From the NCBI GenBank assembly GCA_051942205.1, contig JAVECO010000102.1, positions 1-64,000 of the forward strand: 64,000 nt of DNA. The letters are read 5' to 3'. The translations under genes were made by a program, and so were the position numbers. The DNA comes from Coniocarpon cinnabarinum (Eukaryota). Positions 48,171 through 61,215 of this stretch are shown piece after piece; within the stretch, counting starts at the first letter, position 1; every line of letters begins with the position of its first letter. Below the pieces are notes generated by a model, which saw only the letters and a list, made by a program, of their open reading frames with translations, ran no database searches and had not been told where the DNA came from.

Positions 48171-49738
48171 TAGAACTGTCGAAGGGAATCGATGTTACAC
48201 GAGGTGCGCTTCTCAGAAATCAACAACAGCCCAATGTGAAGTCCGAAACATGTTGGAGCTGGGGCCTTCTGAATGCGGGAGCAACACCGGGCATTGGAAG
48301 TGCCGCTGGCCGAAAGAAGCTTTCCGCCCTGCAGCGGCGCATTAGCAGCCAACACGAGAGGCTGGGATGCGGTGCCGGCAGTCAGGTGGGCCACGCGGGG
48401 GATGGCTCCGTGAAACCTTGCCCTTTGCCGCTGGGGAGTTTGTGCGATCCTCGGATGCTCTCCACTACTCAGAATGAGAATGCAACATGCAGACTTTGCA
48501 CTTGACGAGAACCTGACATGGCGCCCTTGGTCGTCGCGTCTCGCCAACGGCTGTCACACGCGTCTGCATCATTCACGGCTGGCGTGGGTGCTGACGGCAG
48601 CGCAGGGCCAGCGTAAGAAGACCGCGTCCGGCGAAGGACCAGTGGGATGCACGCACGGGCGCCGCAACAGAGAGAAAAGTCGAGCGCGCACGCGAGGAGC
48701 AGTGGCCTGTGCGCAGCCTGCATGTGCAGGGACCTCGCCTGTGCCGTCCAGGTCCAGTGGGCGACGGGATGAAATAAAGCTGGCGCCACGCCTACGCAAG
48801 CAAGCGACCAGGGCCAGCAAGTGGAAGAGTGTGCAAGAGAGCGACGGCGCGCGTCGCAGCTACGACCACCGCGCTTAGTCGCTCCATACCCCAGAGCGAT
48901 GCCACCTGCACCACGCACCACGCCGTCGCTGGCTCTCGTCGACGCGCTAGCACCTGTCACAATCAGCTCTTCCGCTCTCGCGTGAGAGGCCCAGAGCAGA
49001 CTCGCTCCCTGCTGATATCCAGCCCGACCCCCAGCTTACTCCATACCACGTCTGCCTGTTTTCTTGCCCTCCTCTGCCGCCGCGTGGCACTGGACACAGA
49101 CGCAATTTTCACACACGATCAATACAGACCACCAATGCGCCTGCTGCTGGATCTATTGCCGACATTGCCATTGGTGTCGTCTTGCCCGCGTCACGGACTT
49201 CTGGAGCTGGCCAGACCACTTAGTGCCCGCACTCGGCCGCTAAATTCGGTAAAGATACCGAAACTCATCACGCTGCACCACAGCTTCCAACACCTCGACC
49301 CTCCACTCGCTCTGTCCGGTCCGGCCGTGGTTCACGGCGTCAGAGATCGTGCGAGATGAAGAAGTCTCAGCACCACCCCAACCAGGCTGTGCGGCGGCCG
49401 CAGATCAAGCATCCCAGCGACCTTGGTAAGCGAAATTAAAGCCCCAGCCGCTCCATCTGTTGCCTTGTCGCATGCTGCCCAACATGTATGTGCTTAAGCA
49501 TTGGCATGTGCCCCTTCGCCGGGGCCAGCGTTCGCCGTCGCCACTTGCAGCTCCCCTGCCATCTTCAAAGCTCCCTGAAGACCCTAGCACGCCTTCTTTA
49601 ACCGCCTTCTTGTCTGACTAGTACGGCTTTGCAGTTTCGCAGGAACCTCCTCGAGCGACGACAGTTACTCTCGATTACGAGCCTGTTGTCCAGGCCCCTC
49701 CGCCGCGACATCCAGGAAGGCTACTGCAGAGTCAGCCA

Positions 49739-51592
49739 ATGCCTTCCGCATACCGCAGCCGCTCTCCGCCTCTGCACCTGGAGTCGACGCCCAACCCACC
49801 GGTGCCTCCCCGTAACCGCGCAAAGGCTCCAGCTGCCAGGGTTCAGGCTGTCGAGTGTGAACCAGAGGTCGACGGGTTGGGAAGTCTTGTTTCTGAACAA
49901 CGCCCGCAGTCCCGGGGGCAGCGACAAACTTCACCACGTCCAGGTCACCCACCCAGACAGCGTGGAAGCAACAGCTCCCTGGGAAACCCAAGATGGTCGG
50001 CTTTTCCTGCACCTCCCGAAGGTCCACTGCATCCAGCGCCCACGCGACCCCTTCCTCAACTGCCGCCGACGCCGACGCAGTCTTTGCGATCAAGAAAGTC
50101 CTCTGGGGCCAGCAAGGTATGTCGCCCGGTTAGACCATTCTCGTGTTCCTGTACGCGCTGACATCGGGCTTCCCAGCGCTCTACAGGGACGCAACAACGA
50201 CCGCCGAGCGCGCCGCTCGACCCAAACAACCTACCTCCTTCCCCACCTCAAGAATTCACCCCCGGATTCGTTTCGCCTACCGGCGCCACATTTCTCGTCT
50301 CTGATCAGCACACCCGCCACCCTTCCTCGAATTCCTCTTCTTCCCTTGGCTCCTCCAACCCGACCGTTGGCACGTTTTTGAATGCGCCTACTCTACCTCC
50401 ACAACCAGGGCTCGCATCAAATTCGTTTGGGCAGGCTGGTCTGGCTTCCGACGGTGCACACAGATACATGACCCCTGTGTGGGAACGAACAGCAGAGGAC
50501 CACGACCTGAACACGCACGTATTGTCCTCAATCTCGGTAAGAAGCAGCAACTCGGGCAGCAAACACGCATCCTCAAACGATCGCCGCTCTAGCTCCAGCA
50601 CCCATTCCTCTGGTCATACAGTCAAGACCAAGAAGGGAGGTGTCTTCGGCAGCAAGGGCCTCAAGTCGCTTGTCAAAGGTCGGCAACCAACGATGATTGA
50701 TTGCGTCCAGAGGAATGACATGCAATCGATTCTGAATCTGTTCAATTCTGACAAGCACGCGCCGGACGTCAATGCTGCTGACGGGAAAGGGAAAACCGCT
50801 CTTCATCACGCTGCGGAGTTGGGCCACGGTGACGTGGTCGAGTTCTTACTCAATCAAAGCGCTAAGACCGAACTTCGCACGAAGCAAACTCATTACACTC
50901 CGCTGCACCTCGCGGCGGAGCATGGCCACGCTGATGTTATCCAAACGCTGCTCAAGCATGGAGCAGCATACCAAGCTGAGTCTAAATACGACGGAGCAAC
51001 GGCGCTGCACAAGGCCGCGCATAGAAACCATGGCCGTGCCATTGCTGTTCTCATCGATGCCGGAGCGGATGTCAACCTTCGCGACGCGGAGGGTATGACA
51101 CCACTCAAGTGGGCAACCCAGGGCAAGAGCCTCCAGGCTGCTCACAAGCTCCTCGAGGCCGGCGCAAACCTGGACATACGCATCAAGCGAGGTGTCAACC
51201 TCGAGAACGCCACCGCTGAAGGCTCGACTATCCTAGACGCGTCGGTCAACGCGGGGGACGTCGCATTCGTCCAGATCTTCATCCAGTACGGGGCCGACCC
51301 TAACGCGATCGGGCCGCACGGCCTCCGGCCTCTTCATACGGCTGCCAAGAAAGGCAAGCTGGCGATGGTTGAAGCGCTCGTCGAGGGAGGCGCAGACGTG
51401 CATGCGCGCAGCAAGGAGGGCCTGACGCCTTTGCATTATGCGGCCAAGGAGGGCTACCGACAAGTGTGCTTATATCTGGTCCAGCAGGGCGCCGACGCGA
51501 AGTCGCGTGTACAGAAGCCGGGAGATAACCAGCAGGGGAAGACGCCGGATGAGCTGGCGCAGGAGAATAAACATTACAATATGTTGTCGTGA
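49739..51592 (+). CDS. Ankyrin-repeat protein with Pro/Ser-rich N-terminus
   Basis: About 7 ankyrin repeats (GKTALHHAA, YTPLHLAA, ATALHKAA, MTPLKWA, RPLHTAA, LTPLHYAA). An intron at about 50117-50176 joins the MPSAYRS ORF in frame. The true start may lie further upstream. Confidence 0.8.
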
Positions 51593-52221
51593 TGGTCTGT
51601 ACGGTGGCAATGGGCATGGTATGGTGGTACGGGCGTGGATTTACATCGGTGGGACGATACCCGTGCTTGGTGGACAAGACGACGCACAACTGGCGATATG
51701 TTCTATACGACTTATGAGCATGATACCACGGCTACATAGATTTATGCCTCTCTGGCGGTCTGCACAAGACAGCAATGTCTACTTGCATATTTAGATCATT
51801 GTCTTCTTTCACCCATTCGAGTCCATACACAGTCCTAGAAGGTGCTCCTCTGTTGCTCACACAACTAAGCATTCTCTCTCGTTGCTAATCTTGCAAAGTC
51901 AGCGCCACCGAATTCGCATCGTCGGTAAGCCAATGCACTGCACTCATGCATGATCTCAGTCCCACCACCTGCACGAACGTTCCTTCGGCCTTTCCCCGTG
52001 AATGTGGCATACAAGTGATCGCCCTTGAGCCGGTCCTCCGAATGGTTCTCCATTCCTCCATACACGACCTCGCACGCTGACGTGTCAACATCTAACAGAA
52101 TGACTAATGGCGAAGAAAGGGTCAGGTGATACAAAGGGCAAAGGGTAGAGGGTAGACGGCGGAGGGGTCATGACACCTTCCCTCCGCGTGGGCGTGGATC
52201 CCACCTGCGAAGCTACTTATA

Positions 52222-52320
52222 GGCAGGGATGGTAGAACGGGCAGGGATTGTAGAAAGGGTACTCCGTAGGGATTGTAGAAAGGGTAGGGATTGGAGAAGG
52301 GTAGGGATTGTAGAAAGGGT
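52222..52320. repeat. About 18-bp G-rich minisatellite (agggattgtagaaagggt) x5, imperfect
   Basis: Directly visible. Confidence 0.85.
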
Positions 52321-54247
52321 GGGAGCTAAAATGAACAGGCATTCCTCTCTTTTAGACGCGTTGGCCTTTTCCAAATCGTGGGGGATCGACGGGCTTGCGG
52401 GATGGGATGGGAGCGATGGAGTTGCTGGGATTCGCTGCGTTGGCGTAGAATGGCTTCAGACTGGCGTACGAGCTTATGTGACCTTATTTGCTCTGGAGCT
52501 TGGGTGCTTCTGGGTTTGCTATAGAATGACGGAGCCGGAGCCGGGGGAAACATGAGTCTACGATAGAGCGCTATGTTATGGACGCAAAAAAAAGGATCGA
52601 AAGCGTAACTTCGGAAAGCCGATCAGCTGTTACGCGAGGGTGCTTCTGGAGTCGCAATCAAGAGTTGTTGCTGTTATTTGATGCAGCGCTGTGTGAGGCA
52701 GAGGGTGGGGCCTCATCGCGGTAGGCTTGCGTCTTTCTATGTATGGCTCAGGTGGCAAATCACGTGCGTAGAGGCGAAAGCAAAACTTACGTGACCCGCG
52801 AAGGTATACGTTGCGTCGTGAGTCTATCTAAACGCAATTTGTCGTTCTCCTCATCTGTGCTGGACTGACAGACCTTTACTGCTTATTTTCGAGACTCGAG
52901 TATTACAGCCTCATTGCAATAGCTTCTTATCTATGAACAAAGTCTTGAAGAGTAATACTATTAACTCCTCGATGTTGAATGCAGATGATGCATTAAGATG
53001 TTGCATACCCAAGCCGCCACAGCTGATTATCCGAGGATTCATTGCGTGCCATCTCGAATGCTGCGAGGCTGATACCTTAAACAGCAAGTCGCCGTGCAAC
53101 CTCTTGTATCGAAGCGTAGCCTCCTTCTCGTGCACTGGTCATTATCTTCAATAGAGGTCAAGCTTCTTGAATGCTTCCGTCCCACGTCCTAGATACTCAT
53201 TAATGGCCGCCAAGGTAAACAAACTATTCGTCTGAAACGAATATTACTTCCCACGCACCTCCCCGTGAACCGCAGTCCTACGCAAAGCCTGCGCTTCAGC
53301 TTCTGGTGCGACTTCTTTTCAGCGGAATAAGAGCGAGTTCCACAGCTGTAGAGATGGTCAACTAGTGCTCGTCCCCAGAAGCCTGCTCTCAACCAGCTAG
53401 TGCGTTTGCTGCAAATTCCTTGGCTCCATCGCACCTGGCAGTATTTAAAGAACGAGGGTAGGTTTTCAGTGGGCTTGAGAGGTATCTGTCTTCTCGAATT
53501 TGTAGCATCGCTTGTCCGTCTCGTAAACTGTTCTTGAGATAGACTCTGCTGTGTTTAAAGATCCTTGCTAGCAGTAGCTCCAAGTGAAGTTGGTTCTGGC
53601 CATTGCAGCTCGAGGTCGCTCTTCACCGAGGATGCTGTACTTGCCATTTACTATCCACCTGCTCATATCCGTGGACTTCACATATCAAACACATTTACGC
53701 AGAGGTACGAAAATTGCATCAGCACAGACTCGAGCAACAGCGTTGCTTTGTGTACATCATAGCAGTACAAGCTCTTGAAATTCTACAACTGCAACATTTA
53801 CTGGTTCGCAAGTATGTCACTATGCGAAGAGGTCTTCATTCCGTTAGCGCATAGGCTAGTCGATTGGCATGTTAAAAACCTAGAATTAATCAGCAAGCAA
53901 AATTCTAGAGTAACAGCAAAATCATGTTCTGAATAGCTATCGATCTTTGGCCGAATTCCGGCAGAGTGCAATTTGTACTTACTTTTTAGCAACATGGCAT
54001 GGTGTGCTTTTGCTGGCTGTAGGGTGATTGACACATTTCTGAGGAACAGTAGATTCAGCTTGTCTATATCGCACTCGACTTGTAGCATTTCCCGGAATGC
54101 CGCCGTACTGCAGTGCCAAGAGGCAATAGCTTTGTAGGTGTATGTGCTGCTCCATTGTGGCGACCAGCAGTCAAATGAAAGGCCTGATGCAGCTAGACTT
54201 ACTCAAGTCTCGATCAAACACCACAATCGCAGCAAAGCGTTTTCAGC

Positions 54248-55725
54248 TTATCGCCCAAAGTCCAGCTTCGTTACCTCCATAGCGCGGTCCTTCTGTTCCT
54301 GGGTCCACAACTCGGGTGTCGAAAACACAGGTCCAATAGTCGTGCGCTCCCGCACGCCTTTGTCAAAGAAGCGACGGATGTCTGCAGGATGGAAGCCGGC
54401 TTTCACTGAGAGCATGAGCTTTTCGAGATTGGGCACCGTGCACGGCTCCCAGTCGCGGTAGTTCTTGGATTTTGATTCCAGGATTGCGATCACAAAGGCG
54501 CCGTTGATGGAAATGTTCATGTCGATCTCTGAGCGCGTGGTGCCTAGCGAGCTTCGAGTCAGCACGGTTGCACCCCACTGTCGTACGGTAAAGATCACTG
54601 TATCGGCAGCGGCCGTCAATTGAACAGGGCGCGCACTCCCGCAGCCATTTCATCAAGGCATCTGAGGATATCAACTTACTGGCGTCCGACACACGGCACT
54701 CGATTGTATGCAGCGGCTTCTCTTTGCCTGGCTGAGCTTCTTTTGGTTTCTTCCTCATGTTGAGATTCTGAAAGTTCCACGCAAAGTCTTTGCTCATGCC
54801 CTGCAGTAGTCTGACCAAACTCTTGATCGACTTCTCGGCCCAGATCATCTCAATGGCCTCCTCACGCGTCTTGCCCGCCGGCGCAAAGTTCTCATTTTCG
54901 AGGAATAGACTTTGGATATGTGCGCCTCCACGCCGGCATTCGGGCAACGCCGCAAGCCATGCGGGCTCCCAGTATATGCAACCCGTCGCAAAAAGCTGAA
55001 TATCTTCCAATTCGAAGGGCGGTTCTTGAGAGACGTGGAGATGCGTACTGCCTCTATCGTGACCGGGAAACTGAGCTTTGATGTCATAGAAGCCTTGGAA
55101 AAATTGCCAAAGCGAATCAAGAACAGAGCGCCATGTGTCAAGCAAGAGGACAGGTGAAACGACTTCGATCCCATCTTCGATACAGATGTTAGCTGAAGGT
55201 TCGCAGGAAGCTGCGATTCGATGAAGAGATCACAAGCCCGGGTCATTAATTTGCAAGTGCTGCCTCGCGACAGGTCTTACGTGTCGTGGCTAACCATTGG
55301 AAAGGGAGACTTGTAAACTTACACGGCGGCGGCCGCTTCGGTTTCATATCGTCCTCCAGCTCTAAACACCAATGATCAAACCTGTTTTGGGGCCAAGTTT
55401 TTCGATCTTTGCCAGTCAAATTGAGCATTGTAGTGGCGTGTGGTGACCCAGCAAAATTCTGCTGGATAAATTGGTTATAGTTGAGCATCATCCTCTCCGC
55501 GAACTCGACATGATTGTGTCCATCACTGTGAGAGGCGTGAAGCTTGAGTGCTTCCTTGGCGATGTTTATTAACTGTTGGAGGACCTTTGCCGTGAGATAA
55601 AACTCAGTCTCGTATCCAAGCTTATACTTCGACTCTAGTCCATGCTGCAGTAGGGAACTTTCTTCAGTGTGAGGATGGACATGGAGACGTCCGACACCTC
55701 GTTCCAAGCGACGGAGCTCTTCCAT
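54248..55725 (-). CDS. Putative amidoligase (Amidoligase_2 / COOH-NH2 ligase-like) protein
   Basis: LGYETEFY, WCLELED, Y|GIEVVSPVL, STHLHVS, FAWNFQNL, TIECR. Two GT-AG introns restore a continuous frame. Start inferred at MEELRR. Confidence 0.72.
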
Positions 55726-57388
55726 AGTCGAAAGACTGTAGGGATCTTTCTGCAAGGGCTGTCGAAGTATCGAAACGAGCTCTTGCTCGCAGTCAAGGAG
55801 ATCTAGCCGCGGCTTCAAACCGTTACGGGTTTGGTCACGAATTATCACACCCATAGGCCATGACGGCAGCACTCGACCTGCGCACCCGATGCTTTTGACA
55901 CTAAAGTCAATCGCGGTGGGGACAGAATTGTGAGCAGTAGCGAGCCAAGGCTTACTTTACCGCCGATTGAGACATTGGACATCTGCTTGAAAGTGTGACA
56001 TCAAGCACATGAAAAGATTGACTTGTCAAAATGCTCCAGCGGCCACGGAGGAAGTACATCACGCTTGAGGATCGTGCACCGCTCACTCGACGATGTCGAG
56101 GACCAGCGAAACAGAGCATGACACGGGACGAGCATGGTTTCAGATGAGTGCATTCGAACGGATCACAAGCGACGTCTGCACGAGATTGGTACAAGAGGGT
56201 AAAGGACAGGTTCAAGAAAGAACATAACGTCTGTGACACGTATCACAAGTACTGAAGCATCGAGTCGTGTCAATTGTCAGGGATTGCGAATTTGAAAGAG
56301 AATTATGATGCGGTTTCACATCTGCCCCTGGTGCTGACGTTTTCCTTTTGCTGCATTTAGCACGTGATGTGAATACAATAGCCGGCAGAATCACGTGATC
56401 TGTCGCTTGCATTCCTCGTAACCTTGAACTTAATCTCAACCTTTATCGAACTGACAGGGAGCTCATGCAGGCCTTGAAAGACGAGAACAATACGCATGCC
56501 GGGTTTCATAAGCTCTTGCATCCCTAGTTTCACGTCTCAACATGGCTTGCCTGGGCATACACCCTTTGCTGTTTTTACGTGGCCTTTGCTGAGTCAGTCT
56601 GACTTGTGCTCGCCCGCCTCGCCTTCACACTACAATGCTGACGCCAGGGGCCGTCAATCCGGCTTGCCTGCGTGTCGTGGAGGCTCATCACATGGGAGTG
56701 TGAGGCATTGCAGTAGTCTTGCAACGACTGGCAGCTGCTGCGACGTCAGCGCAGAGAACAGTATGCGGCGTTCCACAGGCACTATTAGCAAGACACATGC
56801 CTCCGTGAGAGCGCTCGGTGGGATCGTGACACCTTGTGGCGAGCCATCCCGTGTGGGCAAATGGGGGTCATCATGGATGACTTCGTGGTCAGAAAAGGAC
56901 GTGAGACGCCTTGCCGTGACAGATTGTCGTTTGGAGAGTGTGAGCGAGATGCGAGGCAAGGTTTCAGGCTTTGGCCTCTTTCAGATCATCCCCTAAAACG
57001 TCACAAGCAATTAAGGTTGATTTCATTGGTCGCAATGAGCCCCTATTTAGTACTTCCCGCAATATAATTCAGCGTCTTATCTGTTATGAAGGGCTATCGC
57101 GATTGCATTTCGTGGCTTTGTGACCCGAATGCTTCTAATAGTAAAGGCTCTTCGCCCGGACTAAGATCTGGCAACGACTTTTGTTCGTGACCTCGCCGTC
57201 TGCTGTGAACACACCGAACATTTAAATAATGACATGAGCAACATTCAAAATAACGCTAGCGCTGTCGTATAATAATAACAGCCTCGCAAGTATTCTGCCA
57301 GCCGTACCAAGCGGAAGAAGGATACCTCGATGGTAAGAAATGCAGTGCACTATGCTCCAATAGGAGACAACAAAGCTTAAGTGTCCAG

Positions 57389-60171
57389 CTAAGTCTTCCA
57401 CTTTGGATCATCCTCACGTCGGCCGAACCCTACGCGACATCGACCGAGACGAGGCATTCGATCAACGACGGGTGTCTCCATGTGGAGGACCGTCTCGCGA
57501 TGCAAGGTCTCGGTAGTATGGTCGTATGAGACGCCCAAAGCTCTCTGCATCCCTCCTTCTTGACCGCACATCAGAAATGCGATTGGTGGGCGCTTGGCGA
57601 GGAAGAGAAATGCGGTCATGGTGACCGTTTCGATCAGAGTGAAAATCTGCAAAAAGGGGTATCAGCTGAGGATTTAACTGACAGTGTAGCATGCATGCAC
57701 GAAACGTACTCGCTGACCGCGTTCTAAACCTTGCTGTATCTTTGCCTGCGCTTCTCTATCCATTGTGGGATGTTTAGCGATACAATGGACTGATGTGCCT
57801 TTCTGAACTGGCTTATGTCCGGATAAAGTTGATCCAAAAGACGCCCACTTCAACCGATCGTGAGGCTCATCCCAGATGAGTCGTTCAAGCTGACGTAGAC
57901 TCGTGTATCCTTCAAGACCAAAGAACTATGCTTGATTGTTGTAGAATTCACCACCGTACATCCTGCGAACGAGTACCGGTCTTAAGCCGGCTATCACAAT
58001 GCTGATGGCAAGGGCAGTGCCAAAGACTGCTGTCATAACGATGAAAGCAGCTTGTGAGGTCTCTGCAAATAGAACAGCCGTAAGAATGTTGTCGATAAGA
58101 TTTGTCAACAACAGCCAGGGGTTTAGTCGTATTGCTGCTCTGGACAAAAACGGTCGCCAGCCAAAGCCACGGATGGAGGCAACCTGTTCTAGAGAATCCC
58201 ATCGAACGCTGGCAGCTCGTACACCATCAATGATGAGCGTGTCATCGTCTGCGACACCGCAGATTTGACAATGAGGCTCAATGTCCCACAGCTTCGCGCC
58301 CCAATGATCTTCCCACGGGTCTTCAAGGAGGTCCCATTTCTCTCAAGGATGCGAAGGCAGCAAGCAGATCAAGCGCTCCATTGGACGGTGCGAATCGATC
58401 GCCAGATTGAGCCGTGCAAAGGCTTGAAATAACGAATCTGTACTGTCGATGTCTGGTCGCTGTCGCAGCCAGCTAGCCACAGCGTACGCACGATCTCCGT
58501 CGAATTTGCGAGAAGGAGCATGGCGTCGCGTACAATAGAAGCTGATCTCGAGCAGCTCCAGAGGCATCAAAATTGCGGAGGCCTCAAAGTGGTCAATGAG
58601 CTGTCTTGAAACAAGACCATCTGGTGGGAGTGCATTCTCTGCAAGCTCGCTACCATGGGCGATGTTTTTAGTCCAAGCAGCAAACGGAATATCTGTTTTG
58701 CTTAAAGTGACTCCATGTAGAAGCTTATGCTCTATGCCTTTCACATACACGCGTATCGGTCGATGAGGCTTGGAAAGCCAAATTTCCTGGTTTTTAATTA
58801 TGAATTAGGTCAACTTTTGGGGGCTTTTTGCAGATGAGAAAGTTGAGAGCAAGCATCACATAGAGGAAAAGTCCACAAACGCTGGCCCCACTGCTTTAAC
58901 GCTTCATCTAGCGCGGACGAAGGAATAGTTTCTGCAGTCTCGTCTGCAACAAAGGCATCGAAGCCAATCTTTGGCTTCCGTGAAATCCTGTCCATGCTCC
59001 GAAGGATAGCGACACCTGCAGATTGCCGGATCGTGTCGCCCAGTGTGTACATTGACTTATTGACTGCGGCCTCCATTGCACCAAGACATTGCGCTAACCA
59101 TTATCGATCAGCCCAGCTCGTGGTTCTGCAGAGCACGTCTTTCTGATGAAGCAACGTCAGACGACTTACCGTCAAGCCAGTGGGCTATCTTGCTCTGGTC
59201 AAGGGTTGCATGCTCCGCAAGAAGCATCAGCTCTTCCACGTGCGGCTTTCGCCCTCGATCGTCCAGGTCTTCGGGGAAATGTTTATCCCAATACGTAATG
59301 AATAAATACTCAGGATTGCTCACACTGTTGTTCACGGTTCACCATTTCTAAGTGAGCTCGACATCAAAATGGAAACCTAGCGAATCAGGTTGCGGCATTT
59401 TAAATCTAAGTATGAATGGTCCAAAACCGCGAGCGCCAGATACCGTGACAGCCTTCAGTAACGATTAAGGGGCACTTTTTCCAGGATACGTGACTTCAGG
59501 AGCTGCGGGTGCTTGTTGGGAGACCTCAGGCATCTCACTCAAGTTTCGAGATTTCTTTGGGTATCCATGGAACTATTTTCGTGTCAGTTGCTATTACCAA
59601 AGTCGATTATGTCAGGACGTGAATGCATCACGCACTTTGTGAGGAAATGGATCATAGTCGCCTTGATCCCGTATTGGTGGACTGGATGACAAAATCGTGA
59701 CAAAGTGAGACAAATACATGACAGAGCATATCGACCAAGGAAGATAGGCAAGCCGAAGAGACCATGTGCGCTGTTTTTGAAGGGTTTGCTGGCAAGGCGA
59801 ATCTCCAGCGAGCTAGCATTCTGGACTGGCTTCAGGATCCACGTCGAGTCATTATCATCCCAAGAGATTTTGGGACTCGCTTGTACTACCAAAGGCGTCA
59901 GATGACCTGTCGAGGCGACAACACAGAAATCCGCGATTGATGTCGCCTTCTCATGGCCCATTGCGTCAGTATGCTAGTAGATTGTCCTCACCGTATACTT
60001 TTGTTGTGGTTGTTTGCGCAATCGTGCGGAACGTCGATCTTGGATGATCTCGGAACTTTCGGACCATACTTGATTACTATCGTGCGTTTTGGAGCCTCTC
60101 TCGAGCATCTCAAAGCCAACTTCGCCAGGTAAAGCTCGGCGCAGTAGTCTTCCCAGACCGTCTTCAAACAT
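57389..60171 (-). pseudogene. Disrupted member of an uncharacterised fungal membrane-protein family with a HET-like segment
   Basis: Recognisable segments QWGQRLWTFP-EIWLS, FQAFARL, ERLICLLP, WGAKLWDIEP, FFGLEGY, CGQEGGMQRA, RETVL. In-frame stops at 58343-58345 and 57926-57928, a frameshift near 59080-59110, and a donor mutated to ctatgt at 58863. Confidence 0.7.
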
Positions 60172-61215
60172 GGCGAAGTGGAATTTTGCAACTGTGACCA
60201 AAATGTTCAAGTTATGTGACAATTACTAAGAACGCGTTTCGCGTTGACTGCTAGCAGAGGATGCTACAAACTACAAACCAAGTTAGTCACCGTCACATCA
60301 TGTGAAATGTACAGGTGTAAGCTTGTAATATCAATAGAACTGATCACACCTGATGCGTGTTGCTGCTGCTATCCGACTGAGCAATGCCCTGGCTTGGCTG
60401 CACTTCGAGCTGATCTGGATCCTTTCGAGGTTTATGGACTGGTCTTCTAGGATCGTATGGCGATGTTGGGTGTCCCCGACTGGATTCTTCAGTCTGTTTA
60501 CAGGGTCAGATAACAGCGCGTCGATTGTATTGAAACCCATACTTGTTGACCCGGATTTGACATCGTACTGCTTCTAGCTTATTCAATCGTCTTCTCGTAC
60601 CAAATCTTGTCAAGCATTCTAAGTATGCAGGTGACAGGAAGACTTTGGCGCAGAGATTCTTACGTCTTTTCTTGCATTGCACTATATCGCCAAGCAGCAG
60701 GAGTCGCGGAGCAGATATCAGTGCTACACAGCTCCTGAATCACCCTTCGTTTTGGCCCGGCGAGCGGAAGGCGGGCAGCAGGCTTCTAAACGGCTGAGAA
60801 GTAGGGTAGCATAGCGCCAACGGGTTTTTGCTACTACCCAAGACGGATGCTTGATACAGTAGGTCAAGGCGCCACAGACGCCGAGAGTTGATTGCCGATT
60901 GAGAGCTAAATCATTCTTGTTCGATGTGAGGTGCTCAACGGGTTATTCATTGAGCATGTTGGAGACGTCCGTGGTTCTAGCCAGCCATGTTGCCTAATAC
61001 TCTTTGCATTGACTTATCGCCATGCAGGTTTTCGAAGCTCCGGCAAGCCGTCCCATTGGACAGTCTATTCGGTCGCATGCAGGGTCGCTGTATATCACAT
61101 TTCCTGGATTTTACTTCCTAGGAAGTCGGGTGCTGGCTGTAAAGAACATCGTCACACGGCTTTTCACCTACGATATTCGATATTGTGAAATTTCAAATTG
61201 CATTCGCACAGAAAC

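Noticed and set aside
48134..49400. ORFs downstream of atrR
   Set aside because: GC-rich intergenic or UTR sequence yields chance Arg/Ala-rich ORFs.
5863..51689. Numerous antisense and alternate-frame ORFs overlapping called genes
   Set aside because: They are shadow ORFs of GC-rich coding sequence.
52911..54130. Fragmented minus-strand coding-like sequence
   Set aside because: It may be a relic, but I could not assign a family or a continuous frame.
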